Part shown: positions 26,290 through 40,215 of the stretch, in pieces
How positions within the stretch are numbered: the stretch's first letter is position 1
Layout: each line of letters opens with the position of its first letter
Assembly (NCBI GenBank): GCA_051294905.1
Contig: CM119371.1
Location: forward strand, 32,676,001 to 32,736,000
From: Botryllus schlosseri
Lineage: Eukaryota
Direction of reading: 5' to 3'
Length of the DNA: 60,000 nt
Made by a program: the position numbers and the translations under genes
The notes under the pieces: model-generated
The model's database searches: none
Told to the model about the DNA's origin: nothing
What the model saw: the letters and a program-made list of their open reading frames with translations, nothing else

Positions 26290-26916
26290 ATATGAGCCCG
26301 TGCTCAATGGTTGTTATAGCAACCAGGGTTGAAATGACTCGAGTGAAGACTTGACTTGAGTCGAGTCATTTTTTCAAAATACGGAAATGACTCGACTCGA
26401 CTCGAGTCAATCTGTGTATTGACTTCACTTGGACTCGATTCATTCCGCATGACTCGAACCAAGTCATATGACTCGAGACTCAGACGACCAAGACCGACAC
26501 TTCATTGTAATTTCAAAGAATAGTATTGTCACCGCACTATTGGGATTTCATCTATTGGTGCTGGTACTTGAAAATGCAACCAAAAATGTTCGAAGTGTGA
26601 AAAGTTAGTATATTATAAATTCGAACCATTCAATATAACCAAACAGACTTATAAAAAGTTGGTTTACCAAGACTTTAACTGAGCAGTCAACACAATGACT
26701 TGGACTCAGACTCGGTTCATAATACCATAACTCGGACTCGGATTTGACACCAGGGCTTTGGAGCAGCCGTAAATTTGCATTGTTCCAGCTCCAGCTCCGG
26801 CTCCGGAGCTTTCTTTTATCATACATTAGCTCCGGCTCCAGCTCCGGAGCCGCTTTGTTACCGCTGCTCTTGCTCCAGCTGCGGCTCCGAAAACTATCGA
26901 AGGTGTCTGTCTATAT

Positions 26917-27600
26917 CAGGGGTGGGCAATCGCGTCCTGCCAGGCCATATGTGGCCCGCGAGAAGGTTTTGAGTAGCCCGCGAGCTAATTTCCCATTATT
27001 CTGTTATATTATCTAAATTGAATTGCTAAGATTGTGAACTTGCAATACCAACGAAAAATATAAATAGTATGGCCGCGACACTTGGGATTTTGATGACTAA
27101 AATATCAGTTCCGACGCATTGGCATATACAGGGTCCAGCTGTCACATTTTTAATAAATACTCGTACATTAAAATAAACTAAAAAAGTAGTAAAATTTTAC
27201 TTAACGCTTCGCGTGTTTAATTGTCACACGATTTCTTTCTCTGTAGCCTACCCCCAACTGAGAATCAAAAAACGACTGATTTAACCGATTGAGTCTAACG
27301 ATATTCGCAATTACGAGAGAAAGTATATTCGCGTTTGCGCTCGCAGTAAGATCGTCGACGATGAAATGCAGGCACGAAATGATTGTCGTATATTAGCGGA
27401 AATCTTCGATATCGATATGTCCAGACACAGTCCCGCCCTTGCAAACCGAGCCCAGCGGGCGGTATACAGTCGACCAGCAATATACCCAAGTAATATTAAT
27501 ATTATATTTGAAAATTTTACGCGCCCGGAGCGGCTAGTGGGCAACGCACTCGTTAGTCAATTTCATGTGGCCCTTTAGCCGAAATGGTTGGACACCTTTG
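26917..27600. mobile_element. hAT-type MITE (nested)
   Basis: Ends caggggtgggcaa / ttggacacctttg; perfect TSD GTCTATAT. Confidence 0.8.
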
Positions 27601-27808
27601 GTCTATATAAATTACTAATTTACTCGTAGGTTAGTTATCTATAGTAATCTAGAGTCTGTCAGCCGTCAGTAACATCGGATGCAGAAACGAAGACGTAGGT
27701 GCCGCCGTTCCGGCTTGTGACGACATAATGATTACTTGTCTATTGTCGATAACATCACAGTTGCACTAGAACGCATTTTACTCCGTGCCATTGTTGTGTA
27801 GGCTACAT

Positions 27809-29920
27809 CAGTGGTTCTCAACCTTTTTGACCTCGCGGCACCCTGTGGAAATGGAAAATAGTTCGCGGCACACCAGCACAGTAGTTGTGAGATTTTTTGA
27901 TCTACGACACCTGAAAACCACCTGAATACTTAGCAGGAAGTGGGTGCTGCTGACTAATGTGAGCACCTCTGCAGTCAATCGTAAATTTTTATGTATTAAC
28001 CCTTATCAGCACAGGGATTTTAGGTAACTTCATCGGCACAGACGTTGACAAATTGTCGACCTGGTATTTTCTATTGTTTCTCAATGCAAAGAAAGACGCT
28101 AGTCTCGTAGTGAATTTGTTATTTTAAGGGATTTTATATTGATAAAACCTTTAGAAACGGTCATTGATACTAATTTGAAGGACTGTTTTAGCTTGAGCAA
28201 GTCAAAAATCTACGAAAAATGTCAAAATTTTCAATGTTTTCTTCCACTTACGGATGATGATTCCGGAACATCTAATTGACGCACCTACGGGGCTCGTTCA
28301 CTTTCGGACCAAACTCAGTACAGCCTTACGGAGAAAACGGGTTTTTGGTCCGAAAGTGAACGAGCCCCGTCCTGGTCCTGGTTCGTTATATTCCGATTTT
28401 AGAATTAGGCTGCGTGATTCGCAAAATGCCACTTTTGAAATGTTAGTCAACTTATTAGCTCTCAGATAAAATGCCAAGATACCTCAAATATGTGACAGGC
28501 AGTAGTGAACTTGAAGAGTTCTTTCAGAACTGCAATCAGTGTAGTAGAATTTATTAACTCAATGACTCTTCGTGTGCCCGTTATCAAGAGTTCGCGGGAC
28601 AATTATAAGCAGAACGAGTTTCTATGTAATCTTACAATGCCGTTAATTGTCTGTGTAAGGTGGCTTGTATTGTATGATTTGATTCTCTCTTGTCACGAGT
28701 ACTGGAGTACCGGTACAGCTAACTTTGTCAAGAGCATTGTTACGTCATATTTAGCCAATCTGGTTTTCTGTAGATTTCTCATTGTGTGGTTAACTCTTGA
28801 TAAGGGGTACACGAAAAGCCTTCGAGTTAATACTCTACTGCAATTACTGTAGTTCTGAATACAATATTGAACAGTTCTACCGGAAACAAAACAATTTATT
28901 TAATCTCATTACTAACAAAAGTCAGTGCGAAATTTGCGCTCGACTTCTAGCGCATATCCAGTCAATGTCTCGATCACAGGATGCACATGCACATGCACAT
29001 GCACAATTTGATAATGCTATTATCACCCTCATCTCTTCTTCAATAGCAAGTAACCTCCGTAACCTCCCTATTTATTTGGGGTTTTATGTTGACCAGAATG
29101 GAAATCCAGTCTCGCAAAGGTACGGCGTGGAAAATTGAAGTACAATCACAATTGCCTTTTCTCCAATGCAATGATATTCCTTCCGGATTTTCATTCAAAA
29201 TTCGTCGACAGCCACCTCATTGTACCATAACTTCAAGCTTCCGTCAGTACGGATGTCAATCAGCTCAATACCTCCTCTTTGAGATTTAAAGTAAAATGGG
29301 TTTCTTGTGGCAAAAATGGGTTTCTTACCCATTCATAGTTTTCGGTGACTAGTGTTGGAAAATAAGTGTATATTTTTGCATGCAAACAATTGATATGCCG
29401 AACAAATGATTGCACGATTTCCCTGTTATTCGTTTCGGAGAAATGGGAGAACATGGTGCAGATTCCTGCTTCTGCTTGTACTGACCACATTTTGAATTTC
29501 TTTCAAATCTCTAATTTTGCAACAGTTTTCATTCTTGCTTGCATACTGGAATTTGTCTTATTTAGGTGGTCAACGATATCTACCAAACATGCTAATATCT
29601 CTGAACATGTCTCAAATACGTCTACGAATGGTGTCATTTGACATGGGAATCGTTTTCAATTCAGTTGCAACTTTGGTCACAAACATTTTATTGACAATTC
29701 CAGTGCAAGACGGAAAAATAACTTTCTCTGCTTCCGCGCGAGGCTTTGAGAATTGTACAAACTTCACATCGAGCTCGATTTAGATTATTTATTGATCGTT
29801 TGCTATATACTAGAATTATTTTGCTCATAATTTGAAAGTTTTGAAGAAATCGCTCGCGGCACACTTGAGAGACGTAAATGGCACACTAGTGTGCCGCGGC
29901 ACACCGGTTGAGAACCACTG
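27809..29920 (-). mobile_element. Deleted hAT (Buster-like) transposon with transposase C-terminal remnant
   Basis: 15-bp TIR CAGTGGTTCTCAACC; perfect TSD GGCTACAT; minus-strand remnant HINCLHAKIYTYFPTLVTENYEWVRNPFLPQ..LNLKEE; probable nested cccttatca/tgataaggg element at ~28000-28806. Confidence 0.88.
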
Positions 29921-32900
29921 GGCTACATCATTAAAATTCTGATGCGGCGTTTTAACACTGGCACTGTACTCGTTAACATTAAGCCATACAGATCAATTCT
30001 ATCTTTAAATGTGCGATTATTATCCAATTGTAACTGTAGTAAGAACAAGATGGGCGGATATAACGACGTGATCAATAGAAATTCGATTTGTACCAAATGG
30101 ACAATGGTTTGACGTTCGATATTGGTGCACTCGTTAGCAGTCCATCCGGTGTCGATCAAGTTTGCCGGAAGATAATATTTTCCCGTTGAAACGAATCGAA
30201 TAATCGAATTAAACACTGTGCGTTGCACATTGCGCAATGCCCATAACTAGTTAAACTATGCAGTATATGCACATTGCACATTTACAAGTTTACGAAACAG
30301 AAGATTACAAATTGGAAATCGCGTATCAAATCAGTAATTTATCTCCAACATAATGTACCATGGGGTTTTGGGCTACTCTTCTCCCACCCCCTATTTACGC
30401 TCGAAAATCCTTACTGGAGTGAATGACGATGATGCGCAGTAATGAATTCCAATTAGCATGCATAATTGCATACTGAATAACACTGTCCAATTTCGCAATC
30501 CGATTAAAAAACTATCACAAAGGAACGAGTATTTGCTCATCCGATTCATAGCAACGATGAGATGGAGTTTCTATAGGCTCGTGCTCGTCATATCGACATG
30601 TGCAACGGGATCACGTTTTTATCCTCTCTCCCATTTCGCGCAATACATAGTGATCATTATTTTTGAACCGTATACAATTGGCCAACAAGGTTGTGCTGAT
30701 GATGAAATTGCGGGTATGCCGAATATCCACGATATTCACAGGAATATTTCGCATACCGAGGTTCGGCACTAATGTATGAAAATTGAAAATTGAACATACG
30801 ACTGCTCTACTGTTAAATCCCCATGAACATGGTTAGTCGAAAAGATAGCGCCAAAGAGGAAAATATTCCTAATTTCGCTACGGCCTGCTGTTGTATGAAC
30901 CCAGCAGATATGGTTGTTGCATATATAATAGCATCTTATGAAATACGTCGTAGCCGGAGCTACCCCTCAAATAACTGGCTCCAGCTCCGGCTCCGGCTCC
31001 GGCTGAATTTTATGTAGAGCTCCGGATCCTGCTCCAGATCCGGTATAATAGCACTGCTCCGGGGCTCCGGCTCCGGGTTCCGGCTCCGGCTCCAAAGCCT
31101 GCTTGACACCGTGTTGAATTGAAAATGACTCGAGTTAAAACTAGGAAAGTGTGATTGACTTGTGACTCGGAACCTTGTGACTTGGTTACAACCCTGATAG
31201 CAACTTACATTTGATCATCCGGAATATAGCATACACAATTATTATAGCGCTAATTAGTCGAGTGGTCTTCGGGCGCCATTCAAGAGCTAAATATTTCCAC
31301 CGCCTCAACGCAATTTATCTGATACGAAGGAATAATACCCATTTAGTAATAATAATTTATCACTTTATCGGCGCACCATATCACTGTTATTTACTTATCA
31401 CACTTGGATATATTCTCATTATGGAATGATGTTACCCTGAGTATATAATGTTGTTTTCGGGGTTAAGAAGAGACTCTTCTACGCTCACGACAATAACGTA
31501 TCCGAATCAACTGCATTGTGCGAATCTGTGGATTGAGAATTCACTACCAAGACAGCAGCGGACTCAAGGTCAAATTACCGCTAAAGTGCAACCCATAATG
31601 TCCGGTTAGCTACCATTGTACTTCAGGCACCAGTGTCTGCGATAGTCTTGAACACGGAATAAACTAGAAGCCTGCGTGTGAACGCCTACGTTGAGAAATA
31701 GTCTGGTCAATTTACAGAACATATAGGCTTGTAAGACATCGGGCGCCGACCCTTTTTGCTATTGACGGCCGCATATCAATTACTTTTCCACATTCCAGGG
31801 CATATCCGCAATGAACTAAATCAGCGGTTCTCAACCTTTTTTGACACGTGCCCCCCTTGGCGATGGTTAAAAAAAATCGCGCCCACTGACCCCCCTTACA
31901 TTTATTGTCATGTCAAAAAGAGCACATAATCTAATACAGAGGCGGGCAACCTTCCTCCATTTCGATTACTTATGTAGCCTAAGGCCGCATTCCAGGGCAT
32001 AGCCGCAATGAACGATCTGGACGCAAAATACTTATGGGAACTGTCCATATCCATTCCCGCTGAACCCCGGACTATTCTACTTCTCACAACGGCCTATTGT
32101 ACGCACCGATATCGCGAGTGGCAATGTTATGAATAGTTGCTTGGAGTGCGTATTGTCGCGCTGAGCGCGAAACTTTTTCAGAGCCGCGAATGAATTGTTA
32201 TTTCTTGAGGATTCCAAACCTGCTCCAATTAAGAAGGGCGCTATTGCATTAAAATCGAAAAATGTAGTCTTGTTGAATTGCGCGGAGCGCGAAGAAAATT
32301 TCAAGATTAAATAAAATCTCTCGATAATTCGGGAGTGAATTCGTAATTGCAATTTGCATTTCTACGGCTGCCAACACATACTAATTGAATTAGGCGTCGA
32401 CGGCCGCATGCGGCCGTACGGGCTGCCCACTCCTGATATAATAGTATACATAAGGTATATCATACGCCAATTTTGAATCCGCATTACAGTTGTTTAGTCT
32501 TTTACATCGCTGACAAACTTCCACAAACTTGTTTGAAAATAACAAAAAAACATTGAAAAGGACATCAACGAATTTCAAGGTAGGTTGCACTGAGACTAAT
32601 CCTGATGCTGGTAGTGACTACAGAGAGCACAGGGTCGTTCTGTCCTGCCATGCTAAATTTGATCAGTTTTGGAAATGAATTAAATTGTGTTGATTTATAG
32701 CCAAATTGAGGACGAAACCAAGCAACCTATATTGCATTTAAGTCTGTCTTAGGCAGTGCAGTCCGCCAGCAAACAACAATAGCGACCTAGCGCACAGAGA
32801 TTTAGGCTACTGCCAAAGCTATAAAGTAATGAATGACTTGCACGTAGGAATTCCACTTAGGCCCGTATTCAAAGAGACGCCTCGAACTCAAACTCAAGGC

Positions 32901-33222
32901 TTGCTCGACGGAGTAAAGGCGGAGTTCAACTCCATTGGAGTAGCTCCTTGGTATTCAAAGACATTTTCTAGCTTTGCTCAGTTTCGAGTCTTACTCGACA
33001 CGTCTGGCATCGTTCGCAACCGTGCGCTGTGCGCTCGCTCGATATGAACTGTTAAGATGCCGGGTTGGAATCCCGGTACGTTTAGCGTAATATATTTGGT
33101 GTGCAGTATCGCACCGTGAGGACAATTAGTAGAATCTTTGGTGTGCACGAGACACCGATTCCATATTGGCAGATAGGTATACGGTACGTGTTTCATTCCT
33201 TTCAGATAAAATAGCTATTGAC

Positions 33223-33995
33223 ATGAATATGTTAGAATATTACATGCAAGTGAATGGAAACAGGCTGCAGCAAGTACGGAAGTACCTTACAGATTTTGAT
33301 AATCCCGTGGAATACATTACTGAGGAACTGTGTTCTGATCGCTATAGGCTTACGAAAGCCGGTGTTAGTGGTTTATGGAGATCCTACATGACCTTACCAG
33401 CCCATCCAACAAAGGCCTGCCCCTGTTGTTGAAGTTACTTGTTGTTTTGCGCTTTTACGCCACAGGAAGCTTTCAAGTTGTTGCTGGGGAACTGGAACAT
33501 GTATCCCAGCTCACCATTGGTTGGTGGATTGGTGAAGCTGGACAGTATGGCCATAGCTCATAAAAGCTCAGCTTCAGCAAACATCAAATTCCCACAAGTT
33601 GAAGTCGCAGCCAATGAGGCCACACGATTTTACGACCAACAGCTGCTGAACAAGGTTCTAATATCCTCCAGAACAACTATAGAGAGGAATTTTGGAGTGT
33701 GGAAGAGCGTGTTCCCCTGCTTATCACTGGGTCTACGGGCGACACATCAATGACTGTGATTAATGTTAACAGCAGTGTTATACAACTATGCCAGAAAGCA
33801 CAGGTAATATATTTCTTGATTTTTTTTATTATCAAGCGCTTAACTCCCTTCAAATTTAGGTGCATCATCAACAATGAAACTGATGTCCCTGTCATCCCAT
33901 AAGAAGTTGTAGAGGCACCGAGAGATGTACGAAGCTCCCTGAGAGGCCTAGCTCGGAGACGACGGATCGTAGAAACCCACTTTACGAATGAAATT
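33223..33995 (+). pseudogene. Harbinger (HARBI1-like) DDE transposase, frameshifted, catalytic core deleted
   Basis: RYRLTK, LLVVLRFYATGSFQVVAGELEHVSQ, IKFP, then directly RTTIERNFGVWKSVFPCL; the IDGTH- and GDSGY-type motifs expected between them are missing. Confidence 0.88.
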
Positions 33996-34221
33996 TAATT
34001 TATCAGAAATAAAGAAACTGCGGTATCACTTGTATGGAACCGAACGAAATGGTACAGTGTAGAAAGAAAAGAAGTGGAACAGTAACTATCAATAATCCAC
34101 GGTTACATGGGCATAGCGAAAAAAGCACAAATATCACAGTGCGGTGTTGCAAGTCAAGGCTTATGCAGTTAAACGGGCATAGCAAAAGAAACGTATTGAT
34201 GTCACGGTGCTGCAATTAGAG

Positions 34222-34680
34222 GCATAGTAACTATCAATAATGCACGGTTAAAAGGGTATGGCACAAGAAAAGCATTCATGTCACATTGCTGCAAGTACAA
34301 GCATAGTAACTATCAATATTCCACAGGTAAATGGGTATGGCACAAGGAAAGCATTCATGTCACATTGCTGCAAAGCATAGTAACTATCAATAATCCACAG
34401 TTAAATGGGTATGGCACAAGGAAAGCATTCATGTCACATAGCTGCAAGTACAAGCATAGTAACTATCAATAATCCACAGTTAAATGGGTATGGCACAAGG
34501 GGAGCATTCATGTCACATTGCTGCAAGTACAAGCATAGTAACTATCAATAATCCACAGTTAAATGGGTATGGCACAAGGAAAGCATTCATGTCACATTGC
34601 TGCAAGTACAAGCATAGTAACATCAATAATGCGCAGGTAAATGGCACAAAAAAATATTTGCATCACGGTGCTGCAAGCAG
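34222..34680. repeat. 79-bp tandem minisatellite (~6 copies) inside the Harbinger element
   Basis: gcatagtaactatcaataatccacagttaaatgggtatggcacaagg... starts at 34222, 34301, 34375, 34454, 34533, 34612. Confidence 0.92.
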
Positions 34681-34699
34681 AAGCAATGAATCTTAAATT

Positions 34700-35981
34700 G
34701 AAAGCTTTTATAAAGTAGGTAGACCGGTTTCTAGTAGGACTGGTGAAGGCAAGCCTTCAAGCTTTTGCCTTGCATCTGCTATCAACAGCTGCTTGGTCAC
34801 AAGTACCGACTGCAGATCAGAACCAATTTAATCTTTTCCACTTTCAACTCATGCTCCAAGAACATGGCATCCGATATGAAGTTGTTAAATTCAGCTCTTT
34901 TTGGTTTCCTTCTTGGCATCTCTGTCTTTTCCGTTTCTTTCACCACCGGCCTTGAAGCCGGAGTTGCAGTCGTGAAACTTACATCTGAAATTGGGATATA
35001 TGATTATAGAAAGCACTCATTGCATTGCAAATGCGTATAAATTCTAAATAACTTATATATGCTTCTAAAGCTTTGCTCAGAATTTTAGTAATGTATCTGT
35101 ATATATTTACACAGATTTTAGTTAACGTTCATTAATAATAAACAATATCGATGTCAACATCACATCGTGGATATGCCCCAGACCCTGATCACCATTGACT
35201 GGCTATGGTCCTCATGACTATCAATCAATGCGCAGTGCTAATTCTGGTCAGTGTTAGTTTTCGGGTTTGCAAATATAAGGTTTTACAGTTATTATACGGA
35301 GCGATTTTGGAGGTATGGCACAAATTTGGTAAGTACAGGAATCGCAGCTATGCGGTAACCCAACACGCAGCAAAACCTACATAACCAGAGACAGCGATGC
35401 TCAAATATCAACAGCGAATACCGTTGACTACTAATAGCGGGGATAACTGCTTGATATGGTGCTTTTATCAATGAAGTGTCCATTATTATGGAATACCGTA
35501 CCTGAAGATGTCGATGCTACGGAAACGTCCACAAACACCACTTGGTCAGAATCAAAATCGTTCTGGAGTGGCTTGAATTATTCCGGTATCATGCTATGGA
35601 TCATCTGTGACATCTCTGGTACTGCCTTGGTTGGAGGACCTCCGCCAGTTGCAGCCAGGTGGGCACGTTCCTCTGTTATATCTTCTTTCGATCTGTTGAA
35701 ATGCATACGCTACGCATTAGAACTGGCCTCGGCACATTCCTAGAATTTCATCAAAAATCTTACCTCGCCTCCATGTTATTCCAACATTTTTTAAGCTGCT
35801 TGGATGATACCTTTTGAGCATCCGGGAAGGAATTGTATTGAACGGCAAGATCTTCCCATGCAGCATTTTTCCTTTGGATAGAATTTCCATCATTTCTTTT
35901 ATCCTCAAGTACATCCAGCTTTGCTCTTACAAGAGTCATAAGACGGCTCTTGTCAGCCAAACTAAACCTTAATTTTGACAT
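34700..35981 (-). pseudogene. Harbinger Myb/SANT-like DNA-binding protein gene, spliced, with an in-frame stop
   Basis: Exon 1 MSKLRFSLADKSRLMTLV..KNAAWEDLAVQYNS..KQLKKCWNNMEAR; GT-AG intron 35763-35693; exon 2 with TGGGPP motif and a TAA; intron 35501-34985; exon 3 ..FLEHELKVEKIK. Confidence 0.82.
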
Positions 35982-37237
35982 AACTGTAACTGGAAAAATG
36001 TTTCTGTTGAAATCCAACAATATAGTTTGCTTTCCTAAACATTATCACGTGGCAGACACATCGAGAAAACTGCGAAAAAGCAAGGCTTGTATGAATACTA
36101 CCTCATCACTGCCATACTTCACAACTACCATTTCATTGATATACAGTACACTATTATACAGCTTATTAAAGCCAGATATTACATGAAAATGATCGAACTC
36201 TGTGGACTTTACAATGTACTATACCGGTATAGTTTACCATTAAGATCATAAATACGATTAAAATATGTGCACAGCCCATCATCCCGCAGCATACTACCAG
36301 AAAAGTCAGTGCAAAGCGTTCGAGTAAAGCCTTGAGACAGCCCCCGGCTCGACTCGGAAAACGCGCACTCGACTGCCAAATTCTCAGCTCGCCAGCTACC
36401 GCGCATCGTCTCTGAATACCAAACAGCTCGAAGTCGAGCTCGACAGACCGCGAAGTCCGACTCCAGCCGTGCTCAAACTCATTATTGAGTTGCGCTCTCT
36501 GAATACCGATTGTTACGCAATTTTGACGCAAAGTGAGTTTGAGCACTGAGTGAGGTTTCTTGAATACGGGCCTTAATCTTCAAAGATTATCAAAAATTTG
36601 CTCGAATGAAGTCGAAATCAGCCTATACTCAGTTGAGCGCTACTGCTTGAGTTTGAGTTTGTCATGCTTTCTCTAATACGAATTGAGTTTAATCTTCAAT
36701 AATCGTATCTTCAAAATGGTTGTGAAACACATGTTTAGTCACAATTTATACAGACATTGACAAAATTGACAAAAAAATTGACTAATCTACTTTTTCATAT
36801 CGTCTTACTGTAGGCTACGCACCGAAATCCTGAGTGGTCCCGTTTGGAATGGTTCCTTGGATTCGTTATGGTCATGCGAACATTTTTTCAGATTCACGAT
36901 TGAATTACGTCTCATATTAGTAGATTCACATATTGCTATCAAATAATTAATATTTTTCAGTCCATGTGTATAGATTCACTGGCAGAGTTGTATGGGTTGA
37001 TCGATTGTTATTAGTCACTTTGTTGTTTCTCCTTGACCTCCCATCACGATTGTTGGTAGTGGAAAGATCGGAATCACCTATGCGTAACAAAAACAAATTT
37101 CTTTAGAGAGGAACATTGGCTGCCAAGTCTTATTACGTTGTGGGGCTCATCATTTTCTTCTGCTGTTCGCATATGTACTGTGAAGCTAAAATTGATCGAA
37201 TGAAGTCGCATTGAATCGCGAAGGAAATCTCAAGATT

Positions 37238-37384
<147 letters not shown>

Positions 37385-38963
37385 TCAATAGCGCTAGATG
37401 TCAATAGTTTCTAAGTGCTTGGTGCTCAGAATTTCACATCCCTTGGTGGATTTGAGGGGATTCCGGTATTCAGTATTCAGGCATTGTTAATATTTGGATT
37501 TACGGAATCAGTGCGTCGATACCATTTGATTGATGCTAGTTATTATAAATTCTCTGCTGTCCATGATGAATTGCGTTATCGAGGTGAGGCACGACTGGCA
37601 AATAACTTATACTCGTCCAGACGACAGGTGAGGTATGACCGTAACAAAACTTCGCCCATCCTCAAAAACGTTGGTCTTGGCCCCATATGATGATAAACCG
37701 AACATCAGAGGGGCTTCGCCCTCAGACCCCCTCAGGCTGCACGCTGTTTACTGCTACTTGTCAGCTACATTGGAGGCCGTTTACTGAGTCCGCCTTTCTG
37801 ACCTTAACGCCCTAAGCGCGAAAAATGTCTATAATTCATGATTGAATCCGTCAATGTGATCGGGCATTGCATATATATTGCTATCAATTTTTATCCTCTC
37901 TCTGCTCCCATAATCAGAGTTACAGGTAGAGCTGAGTGAGGTGTGTTTGAAAAGGTACGACCCACCACAATAATAATTGAACATCTGCAAGCGTATATCC
38001 GTGATCACGAACGAGATAGCACTTCCTCGGCCTCTCCACAAAATTTGGGTCTTGGGCTCCCCTAGGGTGATAAACCTACCCCAAATCACGTTGCTCGTTG
38101 TCCACGAAATCGGTCAATAAGATCGGGAATTGCATATATATTGCAATCAATTTCTTGTCCCCTCTGCTCACGTAAGGAGATTTACCGGTAGAGCTGACCG
38201 AGGTGTCTTTGAAACTGTATGGCCCGTTGGTATGACTCCGTATCATGATGTGATTTTGTGACGTCCTGCGTACCTGCGGGATGGTATTTGTCTTTTGAGG
38301 TTGGTTGCTAAGAACATTCAGCGGCAGTCATTTAGGTGCCTGTGGACAGTTAAAATATATGTATTTTGTGTATATAACGAAGTTTTCGGTCATCATATGG
38401 GTAGTCCTATTCGACCAAGGTTTTCTCGCTGCCGATCGTTTTGGCACACGTCTTGGTGTCGCATGTTACATGGCCTAAAACACTGGTTCTCAACCTTTTT
38501 TTCTTCGCGGACCGCTTTTGGACAACAACGGACCCGTTCAAAATTAGCTCAATTATCGCTCAACCGTCATCTATCTCGTGCAAATACTGATTGTAGGCTG
38601 GTGATAAACAGCCACAAAATGACTTTTCTTGAAAATAGCATCACAGTATATGTAGAAATTTGATATATTTCTATTAATTAGTAGCTAATTTTGCAGCTGT
38701 ATTTATTGTCTTAAAAATCCGTGACTTCGATTGGATATGAACGAGTGCCAAAAATCCATTGTAATATTAATGCGCAACGCTTTCGACGCCAGGATTTTGG
38801 TGTGTGTTTTTAATAAACATATCACGTCCAGCCTAGTCGTTCATATCTGTCATCTGAACTTGTTATTTAGTGGTTATATCACAGGAGTAAAGGGATTCCT
38901 TGGCGAGAGTAGTTATATAGATCGGTCGTGGTGTGCCATTGTCTCTTATGGGCGGGGTGGTGA

Positions 38964-39176
38964 GGTGCCGCGAAAACTCGTCCTGAACCGGTGACCCTTT
39001 CAGACCCCCCTTCCACCCGACCGGTGCCTTATGAGTATAGGGATCTCTCGACCGGTGCCGCGAAAACTCGTCTTGAACCGGTGACCCTTTTCGGTATAGC
39101 GATCACTCGACCGGTGCCTCGAAACTCGTCTTGAACCGGTGACCCTTTTCGGTATATGCATCTCTCGACCGGTGTT
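38964..39176. repeat. GC-rich terminal sub-repeats (mirror at 52680-52892)
   Basis: Three copies of ggtgcc(g)cgaaa(a)ctcgtc(c/t)tgaaccggtgacccttt plus repeated gaccggtg. Confidence 0.85.
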
Positions 39177-39449
39177 GAATATGTATCAAGTAAATAGTCA
39201 TGTGAATGAATCTTTGTTAATGTGTATATCGTGAAAACTCGTGGTCGTGACTCGCCTTTTTTGCTATAGGCGGTGGCGGTGATTCGCCTGTCGTGTATTC
39301 TTACGAGATCTGTGATGATTCGTCATGTGTTCTTATGGATGCGGTCGTGATTCGCACTTTCAACCATCTCTCGCACGGTGTTGAATAGTCACCAACAATA
39401 ACCGCGCAAACGGAAACGTGGCTTGCAAGAGGATTTACGCAGTGCGTGC

Positions 39450-40215
39450 GACAGACGGCGATTCGAATATCAACAATAGTCGCGTTCGCAAACTAACACT
39501 TCAAAAAGATGTGAAATATTTGTAAAATCCTACGATCGCTCACAAGATACCACTTCCGGCATATCGATCTATCACTCAATACACAACCGAAGTTGAATTG
39601 TAATTGAATGCGTAAATTTATCACCTCGACATCAAAATTCGAAAACAACAACTTGACGCTTTATGTTCTCACTCTAATTTCATGATAAGTGTAATAAGTG
39701 CCGAATAACAGATACATCACCGGCGAGACTTGAATACCAACAAATTGTCACTTATTTCTATTCTAGCCGTAATCCTTTGTGAAGTTAACGCTTATTCAAA
39801 AAGGTGTGGAATAGTTTGCAAAACCCCGCGATCACTGACAAGATAATGTCTCGGACATACCCATCTTTCACGACTTGGTGTCATAACCATACCGATCGCT
39901 CACGCGGTGAAATTTTAGTAATCAGTTTGTCACAGAACTTGATTTCGCTGGTAAGATTTAACAAGTAACGAATAACAGACCGCGGTAACTTGAATAGCGA
40001 CAAATTGTCACTTATTTCCGCTCTAACCCTAATCCTTTGTGAAGAGAACGCTTATTCAAAAGGTTGTGATATAATTTTAAAATCCAACGACCACTCACCG
40101 GATAATGCTTCAGACATATAGCAATCTCTCATACCCGCTCACAAGGTAATATTTCGGTAATAAGTTTGTCACAGAGCCGTCGCAGACGGTGATTCGAAAA
40201 CCAACAATTTGTCAC
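39450..40215. repeat. Imperfect ~260-bp subterminal direct repeats (mirror ~51640-52405)
   Basis: aaattgtcacttatttc...taatcctttgtgaag..aacgcttattcaaaa at ~39742 and ~40002; weaker copies at ~39460 and ~40190. Confidence 0.7.

Larger units (their letters stand above)
26751..31101. mobile_element. (GGCTCC)n-rich hAT-type MITE (nested)
   Basis: Ends cagggctttggag / ctccaaagcctg; TSD tttgacac/cttgacac; gctccg/gctcca hexamers at both ends. Confidence 0.75.
26324..31196. mobile_element. GACTCGAGTC-rich MITE expanded to 4.9 kb by nested insertions
   Basis: Ends cagggttg / caaccctg; perfect TSD ATAGCAAC. Confidence 0.85.
32860..36572. mobile_element. PIF/Harbinger transposon (3.7 kb, two convergent genes, defective)
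   Basis: 13-bp TIR GGCCCGTATTCAA / TTGAATACGGGCC; TSD TTA; empty site in the homologous repeat at ~630. Confidence 0.95.
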
